In this document: in pieces, positions 38,802 to 47,895 of the stretch
Position numbering within the stretch: position 1 is the first letter of the stretch
Layout: the number at the start of each line of letters is the position of its first letter
Source: Bacteroidales bacterium
GTDB lineage: Bacteria; Bacteroidota; Bacteroidia; Bacteroidales; WCHB1-69
NCBI GenBank assembly: GCA_045132055.1
Contig: JBGURP010000055.1
Location: 104,372 to 168,371 of the forward strand
Length of the DNA: 64,000 nucleotides
Direction: 5' to 3'
Made by a program: the position numbers and the translations under genes
The notes under the pieces: model-generated
What the model was told of the DNA's origin: nothing
Seen by the model: only the letters and a program-made list of their open reading frames with translations
The model's database searches: none

Positions 38802-41800
38802 CTAATAATCCGATGAGATTTGTACACCATCTTGTATGCTATTTGAAATTTTACGAATAGTTTCTTTATTTCTTATTTCTGATTGGTTAATAGGTTCTCC
38901 ATTAGATTTTTTTATGACATCCTTGCCCGTATTATCTTTTTCGAGAATTATTAAATCCCCATTGTCAATACGTTGTTTTATAATCTCTCCCAATTGTTTT
39001 GGAGAAGCATTTGGATTCTGTTTTCCAATTTCAATTCCGACATCATTATTATGAATATCCATAACTAAATCAGTCTCTATTTCATCAGCAGGAGTACTAT
39101 ATTCATGCGCGTCCGACCATTTTCGAGTCATTTTTTCGCCAACACTTTGAACATTTAGCGCTTGCCACATAGCATGCCTGTAGGCATCCGTTTTTCCTCC
39201 CTTTCCTCCTTCACCCGAAAATGCTTTTTTAGCCATCGAAGAGGCAAGTTTAGCATTCGAGTTTACTTGTATAGCTGTTGGAAATCTAATATCATATTTT
39301 AATATATGTTTCTCCTGTGGATTGAGTGATTTAATTCTATTATACAGAGGTGGTTTTGTTAAATCTTCCCCGTTCGGGTCCACCAACTTTATCGGGTTGT
39401 TAGCACAATAAGTATAAGGCGAAAGAGAGGGATATTTGTCACTCATCGGATCGACGCTCAGCCAGATGGACAGGTCGGAGCTGTAATACCTTGAGCCAAA
39501 GTAAGAATAGCCAGTTTCTGTGTCCTTCTCTTTTGCGGAGAAGGTGAAACGGGCGGCATAATCGGTTATCCGCTGGTTCACGAAGTCCTCGCCCCAAGGC
39601 ATATAATGCAGATGTTGCACGGCAGAACCGTCAGTATAAGTTATCCAAGAAGAACTTCCGAGATGGTCGGTGTGGTACCAGTAGCAATCCTTTTCCTCTT
39701 CCCTTATATCCTTCCATTCGTAAAGGAAATTCAGCAAAGATTCCTGCACTTCAGCCTGTGCATCAAGGCATTCCATCACATCATCGAAAAGCATTATGGA
39801 ATGTTCCTTGTGTGCAACAAACATTTCAGGATTGTCATTTCGGTCCAAGTATTTCAATCCGCCACCGCCTATTCTGCTGGCAATCCGCTCATTCTCCGCA
39901 TAATAATGCTTGGTATAGCCTTTGGGATTGGTTACCAGATACGGTGAGGCATATAGAGTTGGCCTCTTCATGTAATAGTAGTAACGCCACTCTCCATTTC
40001 GGTTCTGCCGGGCAAAATCACCGGTCAGTTTATATATCCTGTCACCGTTGGCGTCGTACTGGTAATATGACAGGAAACCATCGTCCTTAACACCCAGCAG
40101 CCTGTTCTGCTCGTCCCAGCAGAGACGACGGTCGGTATTGTTCAGGGTATTGATGTGTTGCGTCATGTTGCCCTTCACATCCCACTTGAAATATTGTTGC
40201 GGTCCGTTGTCTATGTATGCTAGAGTGTTCGGCTGGCTATTATTGTCATAATGATAGTCATTATGACAATGGACAGGGGCTTGGTTGTTGGAGAAGGGTG
40301 TTTGCGTGTAAGTGTCCGCATCGAGATGTTTTTTCACAATGCGACCATTCGGTTTATATTCCATGTCAAGTTCGTAGTCCACGGGATGATTTCCGTTCCA
40401 TATACCATTCGAGTAATCCAACCTGTACATGTCATCGTATTGATACTCGTTAATGTAAGTGCCTCCCAAGCCGTTGGAGAGCATTCCGGCATTGTTGGCA
40501 ATCATGGTTATGTTGCTCACCGAATCGTATCTGTAGTCAATGTCCTGCATGGGTTCATTTGCAGAAGTCACCGAATAAAGGTTTCTGAGTCGTTGCAGGG
40601 TGTCATACTTGTAGAACGTCTTCGTCCCGTTCCCGTAGTACATCGCAGCTTTCAGTTCAAACTCGTTGTAACGGACGCTGTCGAGATATTTGTAAGGGAA
40701 ACCATTCTTGACACCCGTTATGCTGTTGAGCATACCGCCGCTGTTATAGCCATAACAAACTATCTCGCCATCGGGATAAACCATGCTGTCAATACGGTTC
40801 CAACTGTCGTAAACGAATCTCATATCAAATGTGTAAGGCTGGTTTTCATACGGCAGCGTAAATGTCCGTGTGTTTTCTGTCACTTCTCCCAATTTGCCGT
40901 AAGAAAATGTCTGCCAGCCGGATGCGTCCTCCTGCGATATAACCTTGCCTACTGCATTTCTGACGGCATCGACAGAGGTTCCGTAATTGTAATGCACATT
41001 GTATTCAGGATAATGGGAGCAAAAGATGTCTGAAAGCTGGTTGAAGTAGTATTTATACTCAAGATTTTCTCCCATCTCGTTTGTATGCCTTGTCAGATTC
41101 CCGGCCGGATCGTACTCATAGTAGTCGTTCCCTGCATCCGGATGTTTGCGATGAATCATCTGTCCGAACATGTCGTAGTCGTAAAAGGTCTCGAATCCGT
41201 CAGGGTCGGTGCTTTTCTTCAACTGTCCCAAGCAGTCGTAATCGAAAAAGGTTGTCGTGCCGTATGGGGCCACCTGCATGAGCTGCTGGCCGAGCGTGCC
41301 TTTCAGCACCTGCACGCTGTTATTCATGGCATCCGTAGTGGTCGTGGAAAACACTGTCTTGCCGCCTGTGTTGCCAAAGCCATATTCCATTCTGGTCACC
41401 TCATGGGTGGGAAGCTCCACACGAATCTGTCTGTCCAAAATATCATATTTGATGGAGGTTATTGTGGCAGGGGCAAAGTATGGATTGTACAAGGCGTATA
41501 GTGCAGTGTCCTCAACAAAAGGATGGTATTGCTCCACCGTCCTGCCGAAGCAGTCGTATGTGACACGTCCAGTCACCAGGCTCACCTCTTGCCCGTCAAT
41601 CTCCGCATCTTTCTTTGTCTGCAGCAGGCGGCCTAATCCATCTGTAATAACTGTGGTGGCGATGTCATCGGTGGGATGCTGCGGGTCGTAATGGAATGTG
41701 CGGGCATAACTTTGGATGGTACCGATATTGAAAATGTCAGTGGTGCCATAATTTTTCGGGTGGTATTCCATTTTTATGGTATAAGGCTTGGACGCGTCAA

Positions 41801-44800
41801 TTTCGTATGGAGCTATAATCACCGTAGTCCTGCCCAAAGCATCGTAGGAATACATCATGGCATTGCCATTGATGTCAACGGTTTCCGTAGGTTTCCCGAT
41901 TTTGCAGTCGTAGTTTGCTGTAGAAGAGTACCCGAGCGACAAGTTTTCAACCTTGACAGGATAAGTCCATAGGGTATCATCGTACTGGTATTTAAACTCC
42001 AGCCGCTGTCCGTTGTGGTTTTCAGGCAAAACCGACCATACAAGGTTTCCATACTGGTCATAACTAAACTCATAGTCGGCGGTTTGCGAGCTGTTATGGC
42101 GTTCAAGATGCTGAAGTTTACCAGTGGAATAGTAAGAGGCCGTTCGCTTCTGCACGGTGTGACCAGCGTGGTTGCTGACAATTATCTGCACTGGCAATGC
42201 AGTCATGTTGAGGGGCATTCCCACTGCATAGTCTATCTTTGCCCTGAACCATTCATCAAAATGAGTGGTATCGCCACAGTGTGTATATTCCGTTACATTC
42301 CGCCATCTGTCGTACAATCTCATCACTACAGAAGTGATCTGCGGTAATGAAAGTCCCCCATACCAGTTGGTGATAACGGACTCCTTGGCCACATAGACAT
42401 CACTGCGGGCACAGCCGCCATCGGCGACAACGCTGTCGGCAAAGTCGTGTAAGACGACATCGTACAGATGCTCCACGTATGGGTTGCCTGCAGTATCAAA
42501 CACGCAGTCGCGGGTCTTACGACCGCGTTTGGCGAAATCATGGTTGTTGTATTCTTCCACAGTGTATCGGTAGAGAGTATCTCCCCCTTCCGTGTTGTAT
42601 TGTCGCGTGGTTACGGTTCCGTATCCATAGTCCATGCGCTCGTACCGATCATGGTGAGGGTCGGCATAGACGAATTTTGTATGGGAGACAGATCCGGCCA
42701 AGGGGGAGTTCGGATCCTCCAAGGCCAAGGTGTCAAGATTCCAGGATCGTTGGGGCTTTTCATAGCATGGCTGCGAGAGGGCATAGTCCAGTTCTATTGT
42801 GCTACCAGTGAAGTTGGTTACCTTTTTCAAAAGGTTGGTCTTTCCAGCCTGGTTGTACCGGACTGACATGCTGTTTTCCGATGAAGATGTGACGTAATCC
42901 ACATAGCCGTCCCCGTTAATGTCGGTAAGTTGAACGCTGTCTTTGCTAAAACTTTTTCCATAAGGGGAACCTGAAATGCCCACACAGACTTTCAATATAC
43001 TCCAGAATGTGAATCCGAGTGTCACAGACAGGTCCACGGATTCGCTATACGACTTGCCATGGCTGATTTGCTGGATGGTCGTGACCGTATCCCAGCCGGA
43101 CCACCGGCCGGCACCTTTGTTGTACTTGACCCGTATGCCTGTCGAAATCTTCTCCAGTAAATCAGGAAGTCCGTCCCCGTTGAAGTCGGTCAGCATCTTA
43201 TCGGTTTGATTGCGGGAAAGGTTCACTCCGACACCGCCGCCGATACTTGCCTGTCCCACATTGAAATTTCCCCCTAAGCTCAACCCATAGTTCTGGCTGT
43301 TCCCTTCCCTCACTGCAGTCACGCCCCAATTTTCAAAGGGATTGAATCCGTAACCCATATTGAGGGCGACACCTCCGACAGCATTCACCTTGTCGGGCAG
43401 TCCGTCACCGTTCATGTCCATCCAAGTAAATGCGGTGTTGTCGCTACCTCCGCCAAGACTGGCTCCAACGTTGCCAGATCCATTGAAGCTGATTTTGGCA
43501 CCCTTGGGATTGTTGGAGGCGTTTCTGGAGGGTGTAGAATAACTCCCTCCGAAGTTTGCACCTTCGGAGATTGTGTTCGAAGACGACACAATCTGCACAT
43601 GCGAATCGAGACTGCTCAATGGGCCAATGCCTCCCCATGGTTGCGAATACTGAACATAAACTTGGCCAATGATGTCGGGATATTTGTCCCCGTTGAGATC
43701 CATGTAGTCTGTCAAGATGGTGTTTTCACCCGTTGAATGAGAAACCCCTACGGAAATTGGCACAACAGGAATGGAAAGACTCAAAGAGTGGTTCTTCAGT
43801 TTTGTCATGTTCTGTTTCCTGACAGTTTTCACTTCAAAGCCTTGAGGAACCACAGGCACGGGATGGTCATATTCCACGATGTCTGCAGTGATGCTGTCTG
43901 TCACATACTCTGGTATTCTGGTGTTGGACATAGTGTCACGGACAATATAGTTTATATTTCCGTATCCGACCCACGCACCGTGCCTGCTGTCAGGCTGCAT
44001 TTCCACCCAGCCAGTTCTTTGGCTTAGAGGGTTGTATCCACCTGCCGATGAAAATGCCTGCGTAATAGTGGACTGTTCTTGAGGATGATCGGTTTCCTGA
44101 CTCGGTTGGAAAGCGCGGATGGCAGCCGTGTCGGATTCTGCTTGTGTCTGGTCTGCAGGATGTGTTCGCAAATCCACCACAAGACGGGACAGTTTTATGA
44201 CAGAGTCCTTGATAGCAATCCCGCCGACAGTGTCGTTGTTGTTATAGGCAAACTGTCCCCAGCCCCTGTACAAAGGCCCGAAAAGCCAATGGTAAACCGA
44301 ATCAATGGGGGTTTGTTTATAATTGTTTACAATAGCTTGTACCGGCGGGTAATAGTGAATGGTGTCTGTCACAGGATTACCGTTGATGGTGTCGGGAAAC
44401 ATGTATTGGATATGCGGCCGTACGTCGAAAGAACCGTAATTGGTCGCCAACAAGATTAATCTTATATAATCATTCTCTTTCAAGGAATCACTCCTGTTGA
44501 TGGTTAGGCTTTGGTTTCCACGTAAATCATATGTGAGTGGCGTAAAACCAGTGTCTTTGCCTAATACGACTGTAAGAACTGCAGTGTCAGGAAGAAGTGA
44601 ACGGGGCAAACATTCAATTGTCATGGTGTACCGGGAACTATTTTTGTGCGCCTGGAAAAACATTTTTCCACTTACAAGATAGTCCTGCTCCGAATTATAA
44701 TGATATGCATCCAGCTGAACAACCGAATCGTTTTCAAAGCTCGTGTAGGTAATATCCTGTTCCCATTTCACCTTGTCAAAGGATCTGTTCTCACCCGAAA

Positions 44801-47800
44801 TGAGTCTGAACATTACGATGTCATTTTCTCGAACATTTACCCCTGTAATAGTGGTATCATGTATCACATGTATGCTGTCGGGGATGGTGTCTCGCACAAG
44901 GATTTCCGGTGTCGTGGAACTGTGAAGACGGTACTTTCCGTCAACACGTATGCCCCGGCACACTTGGATAGCATACTGCACACCGTCGCATCGCTTTGAT
45001 TGCGCATGGCTTCTGGAACTATCACTGAGCAGAGTGATACCAGACGAAATACTGACAGTACCGCTATGCTGTGCAACCCAGACCTTCACTGTCTCCAAAT
45101 CCGGATCTGAGGGAATAGGTGTACAATGGATAGATTTCCTATATATTTCCAAACATCCTGTTTCGCTATTGTGATTCATTCCTGTGGGATTACAGTCTGA
45201 ATGCCTGAACACACACTCGTACATGCCTGTATTCATGAGACTGTCTGACAATGCGGCGGCATAACTGCTATCACCAACCTCCTTAATTTCAATACATCTA
45301 TCAAACTCCCACTCCACGGTACAGGCCACGTTGTCATCAACCTCACCGTCGAAAATAATTCCCCCGCACTCCCCTGGTATCGTCACAATGGAATCCTCTG
45401 GGGCCGCCCCACCTTGAGAACTGACCATGGAATAATAATTCCGGAATTTGACAGTGTCATTTGTTGTGACATTAAAGTACACCCCATCGTCGGTCACAAT
45501 GTCCGGAAGTCCATCGCCGTTGACATCCGAAAAATACACGGAAGTAGTTGAAGTGGTCTTGGGCCAGCTTCCACTATACGAGCATCCTGCAGAGGCCTGT
45601 AAGCCCCAGGTGGTGGTGCTTCCTGTTTCAGTCAGAAAGTCTGTGACACCGACGACAGGCACTGCAGGGCCGTAATGGAAAGACGTTTCACTATCAGCAA
45701 TCTGTTTTCTGCAATAAAGTTTTTTTTCTGATTTGAACAGCTTGTCTGCAAGCCCATCGCCATTGAGGTCCACCAATGTGAGAATACCCTCGCTCTTGGA
45801 GCGGCTGTAATTGAAATTGCCGCCCACGCTAAAGGAAGTCAATGGGACCACGGGACCTATGCCGATGGTTGCAGTTCCACCGACATTCCAGCTTTTGCCT
45901 TTGGTGGCGCCCAAAGCAGTTGCACTGCCCTCATTACCCACATTAAACGCATTGGTAATGAAAAAACTATGAAGATCATCGTTGCTGCTGCTAAGGTTTA
46001 TGGATGTTGATGGACCGAACAGAGCATTCCCTGAAGGAGCATCAAAGTAGTCGAAATGGGTACGAGTCCCGGAGAATCCCAGCTGGTCCAACCTGGAAAG
46101 TTCAGTATTGCAACCGAAGAAATCCTGAATGTTGTCAATACGCACGACATCAGTCAGACGAGTTTTGTATTGAGATTCACGTTTGTTTTCAGTATAGATC
46201 ATATAGCGTCTGAACACCTCATCATCAAAAGATATCTCAATGTTACAAAGCTCTTCAGCTGTAACTTCCTTAAAACCCCTGTTGAAAGAGACTGTCATGT
46301 CATCCCTTCCCCCTTTTCTGACAAAATGAATCTTGTAACGCGAAGGTGCATCTTCATGATAGGTATAACAGATACTGTCTATGTAAATCTGCTTTCCCAT
46401 GACGCTGGCGTTGCTAACTCCCGGATGCTGTATCACAGAATAACAATATCTTACGCCGTTGCCCGAAGGATCCACACTTTCTGCCAGGGCCCAGTGGGCG
46501 ATGGCACCGGATGAGTTTCCAGCACCAGTGCGCAGCACACAGCTGTTGTTCACGCCATTGTCCAAAGCATACTTGCCGTAGTAGTCCGTCACGCCGTTCT
46601 TGTGCGTCACTGTCCACCAGTAGCTGTCGGGTCCGCCGCCGTGGCGCACGATGCTGTCGTAGGCCTCGTTCTTGCGCGGATAGAACTGTTCTTGGCCATC
46701 ATGGTCTAGGATATTCCTGTTTGTCCAGTGATTGGTGCGGTGCGGCATGTCACGGAACCTGCCCGCCACGCTGTCGTAAGATACCAGCTGTTCGCCCTCA
46801 AAAACATACACTTCGCTTTCCAAATCGCTGTCGTATCTCGGCACGCCCCAGCGTGTCTCCACTGTGATGGAGGGGATGGAGATGTCCCAGCCCACACCGA
46901 GCCAGCCGTTGCCGCCACTGCTGCTGTAAGTCAGCGCGAGGTTGGGCTGCATGCCCTGACGTCCGGCAGGAATCTCGATAGGATAGCTCAGGTTGGCCGT
47001 TCCCATGTTGTTGGCGGTCGGCGGCTGCATCAGCGTCAGCCCCTCCAGCGGGTCGGCAGCCTTCAGCTCCTTGATGCTCGTGGGCGTGTAGGCCGATGTC
47101 TCCGGCATCTCCGGGGTCTTCAGCACCGCGTTGATGAAGTCCAGCGGCGATTCGCCGCCGCCCTCGCCCTGCGCGGCCACGGACAACATGCCCTGCGCCT
47201 GCGCGAGCGCGTCCTGCGGGCCGACCATGGCGTCCTGCGTGTGCGGCAGGCCTTTATCCCACGGCCTGAACCGCGAGCAGACCAGCAACGCCTCCGTGTT
47301 CACCGAGTCGCGCTGGATGGCCACCCATCTTCGATACTGCCTGTCATAGACATAGGTCTGTATGTCATCCTCGGTGAAGCCCTGCGGCAGCAATGATGGG
47401 TCATAGGGCACTGCAATAATGAACTCTCCTGGAAGGGGATTCACACGGTAGCCTGCCGTCTGACCGTTCCCGTCAAACCCGCCCGTCACGTTCACCATGC
47501 CCGCGTCCAGGGGCGGAAGCTGCGAGGGCGTGAGCTCTGCCATCGCGCCGGATGAAAGCGCCAAAGGCGGCGCGTTCAATGCGGAATTTGGAATGGGAAA
47601 TGGGGAATGGTTCCCCGTTCCGATTTCTTCTTCCGGAATAGAGATGCAGTGCTTGACTGCGTTGACTTTCTGCAATCTAGCCGCCGGTTCGTTCAAGCTG
47701 TCGTTCAAAACGTTGAGTCCCGAATTGTAGCTATATGCCCTATAGGAGCGGGTGGATACACCTTCTTTTGCCGTGTCTATGGAGAACAGCATGGCAAGCA

Positions 47801-47843
47801 ACGCTGCAAGGACGGATAATATGGCCAGTAGATATTGTCTCAT
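38802..47843 (-). CDS. Giant Rhs/YD-repeat polymorphic toxin (SpvB/TcB-like N-domain, FG-GAP/VCBS repeats, RHS core, variable C-terminal toxin)
   Basis: 3013 aa. N-terminal signal/anchor; SpvB-type motif LTYSSSGGNGWLGVGWDISIPSI; at least five D(L/V/M/F/I)NGDG(L/Y)(A/P/V)D repeats; many YD repeats; RHS core end FTFSAKEKDTETGYSYFGSRYYSSDLSIWLSVDP...NPIKLVDPNGE; ~190-aa C-terminal tip. Confidence 0.93.
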   Translation of the reverse strand: MRQYLLAILSVLAALLAMLFSIDTAKEGVSTRSYRAYSYNSGLNVLNDSLNEPAARLQKVNAVKHCISIPEEEIGTGNHSPFPIPNSALNAPPLALSSGAMAELTPSQLPPLDAGMVNVTGGFDGNGQTAGYRVNPLPGEFIIAVPYDPSLLPQGFTEDDIQTYVYDRQYRRWVAIQRDSVNTEALLVCSRFRPWDKGLPHTQDAMVGPQDALAQAQGMLSVAAQGEGGGESPLDFINAVLKTPEMPETSAYTPTSIKELKAADPLEGLTLMQPPTANNMGTANLSYPIEIPAGRQGMQPNLALTYSSSGGNGWLGVGWDISIPSITVETRWGVPRYDSDLESEVYVFEGEQLVSYDSVAGRFRDMPHRTNHWTNRNILDHDGQEQFYPRKNEAYDSIVRHGGGPDSYWWTVTHKNGVTDYYGKYALDNGVNNSCVLRTGAGNSSGAIAHWALAESVDPSGNGVRYCYSVIQHPGVSNASVMGKQIYIDSICYTYHEDAPSRYKIHFVRKGGRDDMTVSFNRGFKEVTAEELCNIEISFDDEVFRRYMIYTENKRESQYKTRLTDVVRIDNIQDFFGCNTELSRLDQLGFSGTRTHFDYFDAPSGNALFGPSTSINLSSSNDDLHSFFITNAFNVGNEGSATALGATKGKSWNVGGTATIGIGPVVPLTSFSVGGNFNYSRSKSEGILTLVDLNGDGLADKLFKSEKKLYCRKQIADSETSFHYGPAVPVVGVTDFLTETGSTTTWGLQASAGCSYSGSWPKTTSTTSVYFSDVNGDGLPDIVTDDGVYFNVTTNDTVKFRNYYSMVSSQGGAAPEDSIVTIPGECGGIIFDGEVDDNVACTVEWEFDRCIEIKEVGDSSYAAALSDSLMNTGMYECVFRHSDCNPTGMNHNSETGCLEIYRKSIHCTPIPSDPDLETVKVWVAQHSGTVSISSGITLLSDSSRSHAQSKRCDGVQYAIQVCRGIRVDGKYRLHSSTTPEILVRDTIPDSIHVIHDTTITGVNVRENDIVMFRLISGENRSFDKVKWEQDITYTSFENDSVVQLDAYHYNSEQDYLVSGKMFFQAHKNSSRYTMTIECLPRSLLPDTAVLTVVLGKDTGFTPLTYDLRGNQSLTINRSDSLKENDYIRLILLATNYGSFDVRPHIQYMFPDTINGNPVTDTIHYYPPVQAIVNNYKQTPIDSVYHWLFGPLYRGWGQFAYNNNDTVGGIAIKDSVIKLSRLVVDLRTHPADQTQAESDTAAIRAFQPSQETDHPQEQSTITQAFSSAGGYNPLSQRTGWVEMQPDSRHGAWVGYGNINYIVRDTMSNTRIPEYVTDSITADIVEYDHPVPVVPQGFEVKTVRKQNMTKLKNHSLSLSIPVVPISVGVSHSTGENTILTDYMDLNGDKYPDIIGQVYVQYSQPWGGIGPLSSLDSHVQIVSSSNTISEGANFGGSYSTPSRNASNNPKGAKISFNGSGNVGASLGGGSDNTAFTWMDMNGDGLPDKVNAVGGVALNMGYGFNPFENWGVTAVREGNSQNYGLSLGGNFNVGQASIGGGVGVNLSRNQTDKMLTDFNGDGLPDLLEKISTGIRVKYNKGAGRWSGWDTVTTIQQISHGKSYSESVDLSVTLGFTFWSILKVCVGISGSPYGKSFSKDSVQLTDINGDGYVDYVTSSSENSMSVRYNQAGKTNLLKKVTNFTGSTIELDYALSQPCYEKPQRSWNLDTLALEDPNSPLAGSVSHTKFVYADPHHDRYERMDYGYGTVTTRQYNTEGGDTLYRYTVEEYNNHDFAKRGRKTRDCVFDTAGNPYVEHLYDVVLHDFADSVVADGGCARSDVYVAKESVITNWYGGLSLPQITSVVMRLYDRWRNVTEYTHCGDTTHFDEWFRAKIDYAVGMPLNMTALPVQIIVSNHAGHTVQKRTASYYSTGKLQHLERHNSSQTADYEFSYDQYGNLVWSVLPENHNGQRLEFKYQYDDTLWTYPVKVENLSLGYSSTANYDCKIGKPTETVDINGNAMMYSYDALGRTTVIIAPYEIDASKPYTIKMEYHPKNYGTTDIFNIGTIQSYARTFHYDPQHPTDDIATTVITDGLGRLLQTKKDAEIDGQEVSLVTGRVTYDCFGRTVEQYHPFVEDTALYALYNPYFAPATITSIKYDILDRQIRVELPTHEVTRMEYGFGNTGGKTVFSTTTTDAMNNSVQVLKGTLGQQLMQVAPYGTTTFFDYDCLGQLKKSTDPDGFETFYDYDMFGQMIHRKHPDAGNDYYEYDPAGNLTRHTNEMGENLEYKYYFNQLSDIFCSHYPEYNVHYNYGTSVDAVRNAVGKVISQEDASGWQTFSYGKLGEVTENTRTFTLPYENQPYTFDMRFVYDSWNRIDSMVYPDGEIVCYGYNSGGMLNSITGVKNGFPYKYLDSVRYNEFELKAAMYYGNGTKTFYKYDTLQRLRNLYSVTSANEPMQDIDYRYDSVSNITMIANNAGMLSNGLGGTYINEYQYDDMYRLDYSNGIWNGNHPVDYELDMEYKPNGRIVKKHLDADTYTQTPFSNNQAPVHCHNDYHYDNNSQPNTLAYIDNGPQQYFKWDVKGNMTQHINTLNNTDRRLCWDEQNRLLGVKDDGFLSYYQYDANGDRIYKLTGDFARQNRNGEWRYYYYMKRPTLYASPYLVTNPKGYTKHYYAENERIASRIGGGGLKYLDRNDNPEMFVAHKEHSIMLFDDVMECLDAQAEVQESLLNFLYEWKDIREEEKDCYWYHTDHLGSSSWITYTDGSAVQHLHYMPWGEDFVNQRITDYAARFTFSAKEKDTETGYSYFGSRYYSSDLSIWLSVDPMSDKYPSLSPYTYCANNPIKLVDPNGEDLTKPPLYNRIKSLNPQEKHILKYDIRFPTAIQVNSNAKLASSMAKKAFSGEGGKGGKTDAYRHAMWQALNVQSVGEKMTRKWSDAHEYSTPADEIETDLVMDIHNNDVGIEIGKQNPNASPKQLGEIIKQRIDNGDLIILEKDNTGKDVIKKSNGEPINQSEIRNKETIRKISNSIQDGVQISSDY
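39368..39548 (-). repeat. Rhs core-end homology box, copy 4 of 7 (in the full-length gene)
   Basis: Encodes FTFSAKEKD...VDPNGE. Positions 39427-39470 form a 44-bp perfect inverted match to 52699-52742. Confidence 0.92.
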
Positions 47844-47895
47844 AGATATTTTATTTCTTAATTCCTTAGTCCCTTGATTTCACAACTGTCGTCTG

